Counted from the first letter of the stretch, positions 39,164 to 48,704 are shown. The stretch: DNA of 64,000 bases from Vulcanimicrobiota bacterium (GCA_963820825.1 CAWGBN010000006.1:1-64000), one strand, 5' to 3'. Translations and numbers: made by a program. Notes: generated by a model not told the origin, from the sequence alone.

Positions 39164-39189
39164 CCACTCGACGAATGCGGAGGAGTGAA

Positions 39190-40494
39190 GTGTTGAGCAG
39201 CATTGGGCATCCCCGGGGTCTTGAAGAGCGTTGGCAGCACGAGAGCCGCTGGGCCGGTATCGAACGGCGCTACCCCGCGGAGGCCGTCTATCGCCTGCGC
39301 GGGAGCTTCGTCGCCGAACAGAGTCTGGCGCGCATGGGCGCCGAGCGGCTCTGGCACGATCTACAGAGCGAATCGCCGGTGGCGGCGCTCGGCACGCTGA
39401 CCGGAAATCAGGCCGTGCAGGCCGCGCGCGCGGGTCTGCGCGCGCTCTACTGCAGCGGCTGGCAGGTCGCCGCCGACGCCAACGTCGCCGGCGAGATGTA
39501 CCCCGACCAGAGCCTCTATCCGGTCAACAGCGTTCCCGCCCTCGTCGAGCGTCTCAACAGCGCGCTGGCGCGGCTCGATCAGATCGAATCGCTCGAGGGA
39601 CGCGGAGGAACGCACTGGTATCTGCCGATCGTCGCCGACGCCGAAGCGGGTTTCGGCGGCGCGCTCAACGTCTTCGAACTGATGAAGGCAATGATCCGCG
39701 CCGGTGCCGCGGGCGTCCACTTCGAAGATCAGCTCAGCTCGGAGAAGAAGTGCGGCCATCTCGGCGGCAAGGTGCTGATTCCGACCCAACAGGCGGTACG
39801 CCATCTGCTCGCCGCGCGACTCGCCGCCGACGTGCTCGACGTCCCGACGGTTCTGATCGCACGCACCGACGCAAACGCCGCAAAGCTCGTTACCAGCGAC
39901 GTCGATCCGGCCGATCGCGCCTTCCTAACCGGCGAACGGACTACCGAAGGTTTTTTCGTCACGAAGCCCGGCATCGAAGCCTGCATCGCGCGCGGGTTGT
40001 CCTACGCCCCGTACGCGGATCTGATTTGGATGGAGACCTCCGAGCCCAACCTCGAGGAAGCGCAGCGTTTCGCCGATGCGATTCACGCGCGCTATCCCGG
40101 AAAGATCCTCGCGTACAACTGTTCGCCGTCGTTCAACTGGAAGAAGAAGCTCGACGCCGCGACGATCGCCGCATTTCAAGAACGGCTCGGTGCGATGGGC
40201 TATCGGTTTCAGTTCGTCACCCTCGCGGGCTTTCACGCACTCAACCACAGCTTCTTCACGCTCGCGCACGACTTCAAAGCGCGCGGCATGACCGCATATG
40301 CAGAATTCCAAGCGCAAGAGTTTGCCAGCGAGCCGCTCGGCTATACCGCGACGCGCCATCAGCGCGAAGTCGGTACCGGCTACTTCGACGAGGTCGCGAG
40401 CGTCATCGGCGAGGGGAACGTCTCGACCACGGCGCTTGCCGGTTCGACCGAGGCCGAACAGTTCTACGATACCGCCTCACGGGTTCCGGCCTAA
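39190..40494 (+). CDS. aceA: Isocitrate lyase
   Basis: [25 protein letters not shown] and YNCSPSFNW motifs; GGAGGAG SD. Confidence 0.97.
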   Translation: MLSSIGHPRGLEERWQHESRWAGIERRYPAEAVYRLRGSFVAEQSLARMGAERLWHDLQSESPVAALGTLTGNQAVQAARAGLRALYCSGWQVAADANVAGEMYPDQSLYPVNSVPALVERLNSALARLDQIESLEGRGGTHWYLPIVADAEAGFGGALNVFELMKAMIRAGAAGVHFEDQLSSEKKCGHLGGKVLIPTQQAVRHLLAARLAADVLDVPTVLIARTDANAAKLVTSDVDPADRAFLTGERTTEGFFVTKPGIEACIARGLSYAPYADLIWMETSEPNLEEAQRFADAIHARYPGKILAYNCSPSFNWKKKLDAATIAAFQERLGAMGYRFQFVTLAGFHALNHSFFTLAHDFKARGMTAYAEFQAQEFASEPLGYTATRHQREVGTGYFDEVASVIGEGNVSTTALAGSTEAEQFYDTASRVPA

Positions 40495-40501
40495 GAACTC
40501 G

Positions 40502-42007
40502 ATGAACGTCGCTCCGGCCGGCTTCTCCATCGAACGCGATCTGCCGGACGGATTCGCAGCTTTCTACCTTCCGCTGCACCGGCGATTCACGCCGGTGCAG
40601 CAATCGCTTGCGCACGCACGCAAGGAACGGCTCGCGCGCGCGCACGCCGGCGATCTGCCCGCCTATCCGGCGTCGTCGGAGGCGACGGCGTCGCCGTGGC
40701 GGATCGAGCTTCCCGCATGGTGCGCCGACCAGCGCAATCAGATGACCGGCCCGGCCGACGACGCCGAGCTCTGCGTGAAGATGCTCAACTCGGGTGCGCC
40801 CGGCGTCATGCTCGATCTCGAAGATTCGATGGCCAACACGTGGGAGCACCTGATGCTCGGCCACCGCAACATCGTCGCGGCGCTCTACGGGGAGCTGACC
40901 TACGACGATGCCAAACGCGGCGGAAGCATCGCAATCCAGCAAAGCACGACCGTCGTCTGGAACCGGGTCCGCGGCCTGCATCTCGCGCAAGCCGGCGCGA
41001 TCACACAGACGTTGACGAGCGCGTCGCTCTTCGATCTCGCCTTGCTCGTTTACGCCCTCGACTACGACCGGTTGCGCCATCCGCTCTGCATCTACATCCC
41101 GAAATCGGAGTCTGCCGCCGAAGCGCGCTGGTGGAAGGACGTCTTCGATGCGCTGATCGAGGCCAAGGGCTGGACGCGCGATTCGATTCGCGCGATGGCG
41201 CTGGTCGAATCCCATCCGCTGGCATACGAGATGGAAGAGTTTCTCTATCACTTGCGCGAGTATATCGTCGGCCTCAACTTGGGCCGCTGGGATTATATGG
41301 CGAGCCTCATCCACTACAACTTCGAAGACCCGCAGTGGCTCTTGCCGGATCGCAACACGATTCCGCTCGACGTGCCGTTCTTTCAGGCGCTGCGAACGCT
41401 CTTGCCCGAGCTTACCCACAAGCACGGAGCGCTCGCAATCGGCGGAATGACCGCGCTCTACCCCAGCCGCGACGATCCCGAGCTCAACGCGCGCGCACTC
41501 GCCGTGCTCGAACGCGACAAAGCCAACGAGGCGGCCTGCCTGATGGACGGGGCGTGGACCGGCCATCCCGATCAGAACGCGATCGCGGTCTCGCAGTTTC
41601 CCTACCCGAATCAGCTCGAGCGGCGCCCCGCGCCGGCAACGACCCATCCCGATCTGCGCCCCGCACCGGCCGGCGCCGGCGCGACGACGCTCGACGGAAC
41701 CCGCGCCGCGGTTCGAACCGTCATTCGTTACCGCAACGGCGTGCTTGAAGGGCGCGGAGCGAGCCTGCTCGACGGCTACATGGAAGATCTCGCCACCGAC
41801 CGAATCTACCGGCTGATGATCGCGCAGCGCCTTCGCCATCCGGGACCATACACGCCGGCCTCGCTCGGTGCGATGTTCGACGAAGAGCTCGAGCGGATAA
41901 TCGCCGAGCTTCCCTCCGGAGCGGACGACGCCGCGCGCAACCGCTTTCGCCGCGCACGTGAGATCTCGGAAAGCATGATTCGCAGCGGCGCATTCGACCC
42001 CACGTAG
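40502..42007 (+). CDS. aceB: Malate synthase (short, divergent form)
   Basis: TGP, DLEDS, YIPK.E, GLNLGRWDY, AIGGM, DG.W..HP and MED.AT motifs; follows aceA. Confidence 0.85.
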   Translation: MNVAPAGFSIERDLPDGFAAFYLPLHRRFTPVQQSLAHARKERLARAHAGDLPAYPASSEATASPWRIELPAWCADQRNQMTGPADDAELCVKMLNSGAPGVMLDLEDSMANTWEHLMLGHRNIVAALYGELTYDDAKRGGSIAIQQSTTVVWNRVRGLHLAQAGAITQTLTSASLFDLALLVYALDYDRLRHPLCIYIPKSESAAEARWWKDVFDALIEAKGWTRDSIRAMALVESHPLAYEMEEFLYHLREYIVGLNLGRWDYMASLIHYNFEDPQWLLPDRNTIPLDVPFFQALRTLLPELTHKHGALAIGGMTALYPSRDDPELNARALAVLERDKANEAACLMDGAWTGHPDQNAIAVSQFPYPNQLERRPAPATTHPDLRPAPAGAGATTLDGTRAAVRTVIRYRNGVLEGRGASLLDGYMEDLATDRIYRLMIAQRLRHPGPYTPASLGAMFDEELERIIAELPSGADDAARNRFRRAREISESMIRSGAFDPT

Positions 42008-43521
42008 TGCGCACTCGAGTGGCGGCCGTCGCCGCGCTCGTTACGCTCACGATTCACCTAGCCGCGAACCCGCATTACGGCTTCTTCCGCGACGAACTCT
42101 ACTTCATCATCTGCGGATTTCACCCGGCGTGGGGATACGTCGATCAACCTCCGGTCGTTCCGTTGCTCGCCGCCGGCTCGCAGGTCTTCGGCCACTCGCT
42201 CTTTGCGCTACGCGCGTTGCCCGCGCTCTTCGCCGCGGCAGGAGCGTACGTCACGTGCCTGCTCGCCTTCGAACTGGGGGGTGGGATATTCGCGGCGGCG
42301 CTCGCGACCCTCGCCTATCTCGCGGCGGGCGTGCTCGAGAGTTTCGGTGCGAAGGTCGGCCCCGACATGGTCGGCCTCTGGCTCTGGCCGCTCGCCGCGC
42401 TCTACCTGCTGCGCATCGTCAAAGGCGCCGACCCGCGCTGGTGGATCGCCGCCGGTGCGGCCGTCGGCGTTGCGCTCGAGAGCAAGTACAGCGTCCTCTT
42501 CTTCGCCGTCGCGCTCGTTCTCGGATTGCTCGCGACGCCGCAGCGCCGCGTGCTCGCTTCGCGCTGGTTCGCAGCCGGAATCGGCATCGCCGCGCTCATC
42601 GCGTTGCCGAACTTTCTCTGGCAGGCGATTCACGGGTTCCCAATGTGGGAGCTGCTGCGCAACGGCGCAAGCGGAAAGAACGTCGTCGCGACTCCGGTGC
42701 TCTTCCTCTTCCAACAGTTGCTGCTGACGAATCTCTTCGCCTCGCCGATCTGGATCCTCGGCTTTGCCTGGCTGCTAGCGAACTCGACCGCGCGTTTTCT
42801 CGGATACGCGTACGTGGTTCTCATAGCGATGATGATCGCGTTGCACGCCAAACACTACTATCCGGCCGACGTCTATCCGATCCTCATGGCGGCGGGCGGG
42901 GTCGCGATCGAAGCCTGGACGAGTCGGTTATTCGTCGTACGCGGTGCGATCGTCGTCGCCACGATCGCGGCGGGCATCTTCTTCGCGCCGTTCTCACTGC
43001 CCGTGCTCTCCGAACCCGCCATGGTGGACTACTCGCGCTTCGTGAGCCGCGCGCTTCACGTCAACCGCTCGGCGATGGCGACCGAGCGCATGCGCACGTC
43101 GGTGCTGCCCGAGGATTGGGCCGATATGCACGGATGGCCGGAGCTGGTCTCCGAAGTCGCGACGATCTACTACTCGCTCCCGGCGGCGCAACGCGACCAG
43201 GCCGCGATCGTTGCCAGCAACTACGGCGAAGCGGCGGCGATTGATTTCTTCGGTCCGCGCTACGGACTGCCGCCGGCACTCTCCGGCCACAACAACTATT
43301 GGCTCTGGGGAACGCACGGATACAGCGGCAACGTCGTCATCGACGTCAACGGCGATTGCGGCCGCCACGACTATCCGAGCCTCTTTCGCAGCGCGCGGCT
43401 CGTTACTCGATTCAACGCGCAATGGGTCATCTCGTACGAGCAAGAGATCCCGATCTCGCTCTGCGTCGGGATTACCAAGCCGCTCGCCGAGCTATGGCCG
43501 AAGCTACGGGTTTACATCTGA
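42007..43521 (+). CDS. GT39/ArnT-like (PMT_2) membrane glycosyltransferase
   Basis: FFRDELY, WGYVDQPP, SKY and PN.LWQ motifs; multi-TM. Confidence 0.85.
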   Translation: MRTRVAAVAALVTLTIHLAANPHYGFFRDELYFIICGFHPAWGYVDQPPVVPLLAAGSQVFGHSLFALRALPALFAAAGAYVTCLLAFELGGGIFAAALATLAYLAAGVLESFGAKVGPDMVGLWLWPLAALYLLRIVKGADPRWWIAAGAAVGVALESKYSVLFFAVALVLGLLATPQRRVLASRWFAAGIGIAALIALPNFLWQAIHGFPMWELLRNGASGKNVVATPVLFLFQQLLLTNLFASPIWILGFAWLLANSTARFLGYAYVVLIAMMIALHAKHYYPADVYPILMAAGGVAIEAWTSRLFVVRGAIVVATIAAGIFFAPFSLPVLSEPAMVDYSRFVSRALHVNRSAMATERMRTSVLPEDWADMHGWPELVSEVATIYYSLPAAQRDQAAIVASNYGEAAAIDFFGPRYGLPPALSGHNNYWLWGTHGYSGNVVIDVNGDCGRHDYPSLFRSARLVTRFNAQWVISYEQEIPISLCVGITKPLAELWPKLRVYI

Positions 43522-44393
43522 TCGCCGATGCCCAGCGCTTGCAGAAGCTTCGGGTAGACGAGTTCCGTTCGTGCCCATGGCTGCGCGGGATCGACGATGT
43601 CGTGACGGCGCGGGAGACCGGCGAGCTCGACGTACTCGACGCCGCCGGGATTCCAAGCCGACCACAGATCGGAGACGCGCTCGGTCACTCCGTTGTTGAC
43701 GATCGGATCGAGAGGATTGACGACGGTAACGATACGTTGCGCGAGCGGCGCGCGGCGACGCGCTTCGGCATAGACGGCATCCCCGATTCGAAGGCTCTGC
43801 ATCAAGGCGTGCGTAGAGAAGCGCGGATAGGCCGTAACCGGCAGTTCCCTCGCGCGCACGTGCGGATCCCACCACAAGAATCGATTCGGCAGCGCCAGAA
43901 CGACGCGCGCAAATAACCGGCTGACCGCGTAGGGTAGGCGCAGCAGCGCGAAGCTCGGCACGACCGGCACCGCCCGCGCGATCGCCCGGAACTGCGCGAA
44001 GTAGGAGGCGAGAAGGCCGCCCATCGAGACCCCCAAGACGGCGAGGCGTTCGCCGAGGCCCTGCGCGACTTCGACGCTCTCACCGGCGGCGCGCAGAAGC
44101 GTCTCGGCGGTAACCGCCGCAATGCTCGACGTTAGACGGTCGCGGTCGCCGTGGGCCGGAAGGCGCGGCACGAAGACGTTGACCCCGCGCGCGTGCAGCA
44201 GCGGAGCGAACTGCACGAACTGCGCCGGATTGTTCGTGAGGCCGTGAAAGAGCACGACGGCGAGCGGCGTGCGTTTGCCGTGCGTGAGCAGCACCGAGCG
44301 CGCTTGCGGCAGCACGTTCGCGCCATCTCGCCCGAGATATCCGCGCGCCAGCTCCAGCGCATCGGCGTACGACTGCGGCGGTGCGTTAACGAT
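43512..44393 (-). CDS. Alpha/beta hydrolase (carboxylesterase-like); ORF track start 44315, likely extends to ATC 44393
   Basis: HGLTN, PRLP.HG, GVSMGG nucleophile, D..V and HD motifs; paralog of 45124..45996. Confidence 0.85.
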   Translation of the reverse strand: MVNAPPQSYADALELARGYLGRDGANVLPQARSVLLTHGKRTPLAVVLFHGLTNNPAQFVQFAPLLHARGVNVFVPRLPAHGDRDRLTSSIAAVTAETLLRAAGESVEVAQGLGERLAVLGVSMGGLLASYFAQFRAIARAVPVVPSFALLRLPYAVSRLFARVVLALPNRFLWWDPHVRARELPVTAYPRFSTHALMQSLRIGDAVYAEARRRAPLAQRIVTVVNPLDPIVNNGVTERVSDLWSAWNPGGVEYVELAGLPRRHDIVDPAQPWARTELVYPKLLQALGIGDQM

Positions 44394-44991
44394 CCGCCCT
44401 CCGCCATGCGCAACTCAGGAGATGGTCGTTGACCAACCCGGCGGCCTGCATGAATGCATAACAGATCGTCGGACCGACGAAGCGGAAGCCTCTTTCGTAC
44501 AGGTCGCGGCTCATCGCCTCGGACTCTTTGGTCGACGCGGGAATCTCGCCCGGGCGGCGGCGCCGGTTCACGATCGGCTCGCCGCCGACGAATCGCCACA
44601 GGTACCCGTCGAAGCTCGCGAACTCGTCGCGGACCCGCAGTAAAGCCCGCGCGTTGCCGATCGCCGATTCGATCTTGGCGCGATTGCGGATGATGCCCGG
44701 ATCTCGCGCCAGCCGCTCGACGGTCGCCGGCCGCATACGCGCGACGACGTGCGGGTCGAAGCCGCGAAAGACGTCGCGGTAGCGCGCACGTTTCCGAAGA
44801 ACCGTCTCCCAGCTCAACCCGGCTTGCGCTCCTTCGAGCACCAGGAGCTCGAAAAGGGAGGTATCGTCGTGGAGCGGCACGCCCCATTCCGCGTCGTGGT
44901 ACTCGATCAAGATCGGCGTACTCGCCCAGGAGCAGCGGAGCGCAACCGCACGATCGCCGTTGCCGCCGAGCTCGCGACGCTTATCGTCCAT
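44386..44991 (-). CDS. tag: DNA-3-methyladenine glycosylase I
   Basis: RC.W, YHD.EWG, LEGAQAGLSW, IIRNRAKI, GFRFVGPT and NDH...C motifs. Confidence 0.93.
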   Translation of the reverse strand: MDDKRRELGGNGDRAVALRCSWASTPILIEYHDAEWGVPLHDDTSLFELLVLEGAQAGLSWETVLRKRARYRDVFRGFDPHVVARMRPATVERLARDPGIIRNRAKIESAIGNARALLRVRDEFASFDGYLWRFVGGEPIVNRRRRPGEIPASTKESEAMSRDLYERGFRFVGPTICYAFMQAAGLVNDHLLSCAWRRADR

Positions 44992-45118
44992 CTCGTCTCC
45001 AATTCGCATTACCGCTTCTTTCGTGACGAACTCTTGGCGGCCGGCTCGCAACTCTTCGGCCAACGGAATTACAACGCCGCTCGCGCCGGTTTGGCCGAAG
45101 CTGCGCAGCTACGACTAG
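44947..45118 (+). pseudogene. Collapsed remnant of a GT39-like gene (paralog of 42007..43521)
   Basis: Encodes TLIVHLVSNSHYRFFRDEL|LAAGSQLFG then NGITTPLAPVWPKLRSYD*, matching the N-terminus, an internal piece and the C-terminus of 42007..43521. Confidence 0.85.
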
Positions 45119-45123
45119 CGCAG

Positions 45124-45996
45124 CTAGGCGGTCTGCAGCGGGGCGACTTCCGGATCGATAGCGCCGAGCAGATGCGGGTGCGCGCGATCGGCGAGACGCC
45201 AGCGGCGCAACGGCGAGACGATGTCGTGCGAGAGCGGCAACCCGGTGATCACCGCAAGCTCGACCGATTCGGGATGCAGCCGGTGCCAATGCTCGTAGAG
45301 CCGGCGAATCGCATAGTTGTTGACGGCGATCTCGGTCGCGTTGGCGACGATCGTGACGTGGCTCGCAGCCGGCCGGCTCGACTCTGCTTCGTCGAGCAGT
45401 GCGCGCGCGATGCGATACGAATGCGCGATCGCGTGCGTGGCGTAGCGCGGATATCCGTTGGTCGCGAGGAACTGGCGCTCGCGGAGAATCGGATTCCACC
45501 AGTGAAACCGGTTGGGCATACGCAAGAGCCGGTCGGTGACCGGGCCCATCAAACGGTTCGGTATCCAAGAGATTCCGAAGAAGGGCGCAATCGGAACGGC
45601 ACGGTCAACCGCATAATGCTGTGCGGCCCAGGCTGTCAAGAGTCCCCCGAGCGAGAAGCCTGCAACCGTCACGCGCTCGCCGAGCTCACGCGCAACTTCG
45701 ACGTACTCGCCGACCGCTTCGTAGAGATCCTCGGGACGCAGCCGCTCCAGCGCGTTCGAGAGCGGGTCGGCGTGGCCGTGTCGCGGAAGCCGCGGCGCGA
45801 GGACGTTGTAACCGCGTTCGTAGAGATCTCGCGCGACGCGTTGGAACTGCGTCGGGCTCGCGCTCATCCCGTGAATCAACACGGCAGCGCGTTCCCGCCG
45901 CTGCCCGTGCACGTAGGCGATCGTGCGTCCCGCGGGGGCGACGCCAGTATGGTCGCGAGCGATAAGCCGCTCGAGACGGCCGAAAAAGGTACCCAA
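45124..45996 (-). CDS. Alpha/beta hydrolase (carboxylesterase-like)
   Basis: HGMS, PRLPRHG, GFSLGG and HDIV motifs; AAGGA SD then TTG at 45996. Confidence 0.85.
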   Translation of the reverse strand: MGTFFGRLERLIARDHTGVAPAGRTIAYVHGQRRERAAVLIHGMSASPTQFQRVARDLYERGYNVLAPRLPRHGHADPLSNALERLRPEDLYEAVGEYVEVARELGERVTVAGFSLGGLLTAWAAQHYAVDRAVPIAPFFGISWIPNRLMGPVTDRLLRMPNRFHWWNPILRERQFLATNGYPRYATHAIAHSYRIARALLDEAESSRPAASHVTIVANATEIAVNNYAIRRLYEHWHRLHPESVELAVITGLPLSHDIVSPLRRWRLADRAHPHLLGAIDPEVAPLQTA

Positions 45997-46020
45997 GGAA
46001 AAGTCCTTAAAAGCGACGGC

Positions 46021-47241
46021 GTGTATCTCCTCTCGGACCGGGCCCGCGACCTCATCGCGCAAGAAGAGCGGTACGGTGCGCGTAACTATGCGCCGCTCGA
46101 CCTCGTCGTCGAGCGCGCCAAGGGCGTCTGGCTCTGGGACGTCTCGGGCAAGCGCTACCTCGACTGTATCAGCGCCTACTCCGCGGTCAACGTCGGCCAC
46201 TGCCACCCGCGCGTCTACGCCGCGCTGGTCGAGCAGGGTGAGCGCGTTACGTTGACCTCTCGCGCGCTGCGCAACGACCGGATGCCGGGCTTTCTCGAAA
46301 AGCTCACACGGATCTGCGGTTACGAGAAGGCGGTTCCGATGAACACCGGCGTCGAGGCGGTCGAGAGTGCGATCAAGCTCGCGCGCCGCTGGGGTTACGC
46401 GGTCAAGGGCATCCCCGAAGATACCGCCGAGATCGTCGTCTTCGAGAACAACTTTCACGGACGCACGATGTCGGCGATAAGCGCGAGCACCACGCCCGAG
46501 TATCGCGCCGGTTTCGGACCATTCCTACCCGGCTTCGTCGCCGTTCCGTTCGGCGATGCAGTTGCGCTCGAGCGAGCGATCACGCCGAAGACCTGCGCGG
46601 TGCTCCTCGAGCCGATTCAAGGCGAAGGCGGCGTGAACGTGCCGCCGGATGGTTATCTCGCGCGCGTGCGGCGGCTCTGCGACGAGCGCAACGTGCTCAT
46701 GGTCGCCGACGAAGTGCAGACCGGCTTCGGCCGTACCGGCGACATGTTCGCCTGCGACCACGAGCGCGTCAAACCCGACGTACTGATCGTCGGAAAGGCA
46801 CTCGGCGGCGGTTACTATCCCGTGTCGGCGGCGCTGGCCGACGACGAGATCATGCGCCTCTTCGGTCCGGGCGCCCACGGGAGCACCTTCGGCGGGAATC
46901 CGCTCGCTTCGGCGGTCGCCGAGGCGGCGCTCGAAGTCATCGTCTCCGAGGACCTCGCCGCACGCGCACGACGTGCCGGCGCCGCGATCGTGCAAGGGAT
47001 TCGGTCGATCGGATCCGCCTCGATCAAAGAGGTCCGCGGGCGCGGTCTGCTGATCGGCATCGAGCTGAAATATCCGGCCCACGACCTAGCCGAGGCGCTG
47101 CTCGAGCGCGGCGTGGCGGCGAAGGATACGCGACCGGAGGTTCTGCGCATTGCGCCACCGCTCGTCATCGACGACGATGCCGTCGCTTACTTGCTAGAGC
47201 GCTTCGAGGAGGCCATCGCGGCCACCGACGCGCGCTCTTGA
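46021..47241 (+). CDS. rocD: Ornithine--oxo-acid aminotransferase
   Basis: NYAPL, SAYSAVN.GHCHP, NTGVEAVE, NFHGRT, EPIQGEGG, DEVQTG.GRTG and GKALGGG motifs. Confidence 0.92.
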   Translation: MYLLSDRARDLIAQEERYGARNYAPLDLVVERAKGVWLWDVSGKRYLDCISAYSAVNVGHCHPRVYAALVEQGERVTLTSRALRNDRMPGFLEKLTRICGYEKAVPMNTGVEAVESAIKLARRWGYAVKGIPEDTAEIVVFENNFHGRTMSAISASTTPEYRAGFGPFLPGFVAVPFGDAVALERAITPKTCAVLLEPIQGEGGVNVPPDGYLARVRRLCDERNVLMVADEVQTGFGRTGDMFACDHERVKPDVLIVGKALGGGYYPVSAALADDEIMRLFGPGAHGSTFGGNPLASAVAEAALEVIVSEDLAARARRAGAAIVQGIRSIGSASIKEVRGRGLLIGIELKYPAHDLAEALLERGVAAKDTRPEVLRIAPPLVIDDDAVAYLLERFEEAIAATDARS

Positions 47242-47268
47242 CACTCCCCCGCCCCGGCGTGATAACGT
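47238..47268 (+). promoter_or_regulatory. Promoter of infC-rpmI-rplT
   Basis: TTGACA at 47238, then GATAAC at 17-nt spacing or TG-n-TAACGT. Confidence 0.6.
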
Positions 47269-47274
47269 TGGTGA

Positions 47275-47388
47275 GCCGAAGCAGCGGCTCGCGCCGCTCA
47301 CCGGATGCCTACGGGCGATCCGGTCTTCACTTAACGGGACTCTCGGCGGGTTCCAGGGGTGGGGCGCTCCGGCAGCGCCTTTTTTGAT
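47275..47388 (+). ncRNA. L20-leader-like attenuator RNA with intrinsic terminator
   Basis: GAAGCA...CTCACC...GGT stem and GGCGCT-loop-AGCGCC-T6 terminator directly upstream of the infC SD, as in Firmicutes infC-rpmI-rplT leaders. Confidence 0.55.
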
Positions 47389-47402
47389 TTGGAGGTCAGC
47401 CC

Positions 47403-48044
47403 ATAGCAAAATCTCTGCGCGTCAACGATCAGATTCGCATCCGAACGGTGCGAGTCATCGACGAAAACGGGCATCAACTCGGGATTCTGCAAACCGAAGA
47501 CGCGCTGATGCGCGCGCGAACCGCGGGGCTCGATTTGGTCGAAGTTTCGCCCAACGCTCAGCCGCCGGTCTGCAAGATCGCGGATTACGGACGGCTGAAA
47601 TACGAACAGTCGAAGAAAGATAAGGACGCTCGCAAGAAGCAGCGCCACTTCGAACTCAAGGAAGTCAAGCTGCGCCCAAAAATCGAGACGCACGACTACG
47701 AGACGAAGGCGCGAATGGCCGAACGGCTTCTGCTCGACGGAAGCAAGATCAAGGTCACGATCATGTTCCGCGGCCGCGAGATCACCTACACGTCCTTCGG
47801 CCGCAAGCTGCTCGACCGCATGGCGGAGGATATGGCGCCGCTGGCGATGGTGGAACGCGAAGCGCGGCTCGAGGGAAAGAACATGTTCATGATTTTGGCG
47901 CCGCGAGCGGTGCCGGCGGGGCCACCGAAGTTTACCGTACCAACGAAGGAGCGAACCAGTGCCGAAGATTCGAACGCATCGAGGGACAGCGAAGCGAGTG
48001 AAGGTCACCGCGACGGGCAAAGTGATGCATCGCCATCAGTTTGA
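47403..48044 (+). CDS. infC: Translation initiation factor IF-3 (ATA start)
   Basis: GGAGG SD then ATA 47403 in frame (IAKSLRVNDQIR); LDLVEVSP, PPVCKI and FRGRE motifs. Confidence 0.95.
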   Translation: MAKSLRVNDQIRIRTVRVIDENGHQLGILQTEDALMRARTAGLDLVEVSPNAQPPVCKIADYGRLKYEQSKKDKDARKKQRHFELKEVKLRPKIETHDYETKARMAERLLLDGSKIKVTIMFRGREITYTSFGRKLLDRMAEDMAPLAMVEREARLEGKNMFMILAPRAVPAGPPKFTVPTKERTSAEDSNASRDSEASEGHRDGQSDASPSV

Positions 48045-48165
48045 CGGATGCGGCCACATCCTGAGCAAGAAGTCGCGCAAACGCAAGCGCAACTTCCGCA
48101 AGGATCAGCCGACGTTTAAAGGCGACCTGAAGCGTCTCGCACCGACGATTCCCTACCTGGTGTAA
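47959..48165 (+). CDS. rpmI: 50S ribosomal protein L35
   Basis: MPKIRTHRGTAKR...GK; H.L..KS.KRKR. Confidence 0.95.
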   Translation: MPKIRTHRGTAKRVKVTATGKVMHRHQFDGCGHILSKKSRKRKRNFRKDQPTFKGDLKRLAPTIPYLV

Positions 48166-48179
48166 GGGAGGCGTAAGCA

Positions 48180-48539
48180 ATGGCACGGATCAAACGAGGC
48201 GTCCACGGTCTCAAGCACCGGCGCAAGGTAATGAAGCTCGTCAAGGGCTTCCGCGCGGCGCGTCGCCGCAACTACCGGGTTGCAAACGAAGCGCTCCTCA
48301 AGTCGCTGGCCTACGCGTTCCGCGACCGGCGCGTCCGCAAACGCGACTTCCGCTCGCTCTGGATCAGCCGGATCAACGCCGCGGTACGCCGCGAGGGTCT
48401 CTCCTACTCGGTCTTCATGCACGGCCTCAAGAAATCGGGCGTGACGCTCAACCGTAAGGCCCTCGCCGATCTGGCGATCTCCGATCAAAAGGCCTTCGGC
48501 GCGCTCTTAAGTCTAGCCAAGCAAGCGTCCCAGAAGTAG
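48180..48539 (+). CDS. rplT: 50S ribosomal protein L20
   Basis: MARIKRG, YAFRDRR.RKR.FR.LWI.RINAA and NRK.LADLA motifs. Confidence 0.97.
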   Translation: MARIKRGVHGLKHRRKVMKLVKGFRAARRRNYRVANEALLKSLAYAFRDRRVRKRDFRSLWISRINAAVRREGLSYSVFMHGLKKSGVTLNRKALADLAISDQKAFGALLSLAKQASQK

Positions 48540-48681
48540 CCGTCTACGGCAGACGCTCTCGAACAATTCGTCCCCGATCGGTGATGAAGGCAGTAGCTTA
48601 GTGAGCTTTCCAGGCCCGATCCTCGAACAAAATTCGGCAAAAGGCGTAGCTGCGACAAACACCTAGCGGCCGGAGCCGGAT

Positions 48682-48701
48682 AATGGTATATAATTACCAT
48701 T
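48682..48701 (+). promoter_or_regulatory. -10 box TATAAT flanked by a perfect 7-bp inverted repeat
   Basis: AATGGTA-TATAAT-TACCATT, ending 3 nt before the ATG at 48705. Confidence 0.55.
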
Positions 48702-48704
48702 GTC

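Noticed and set aside
44749..46020. 830-aa ORF suggesting an N-terminally extended RocD
   Set aside because: The extension is antisense to tag and the esterase; only the short GT remnant within it is meaningful
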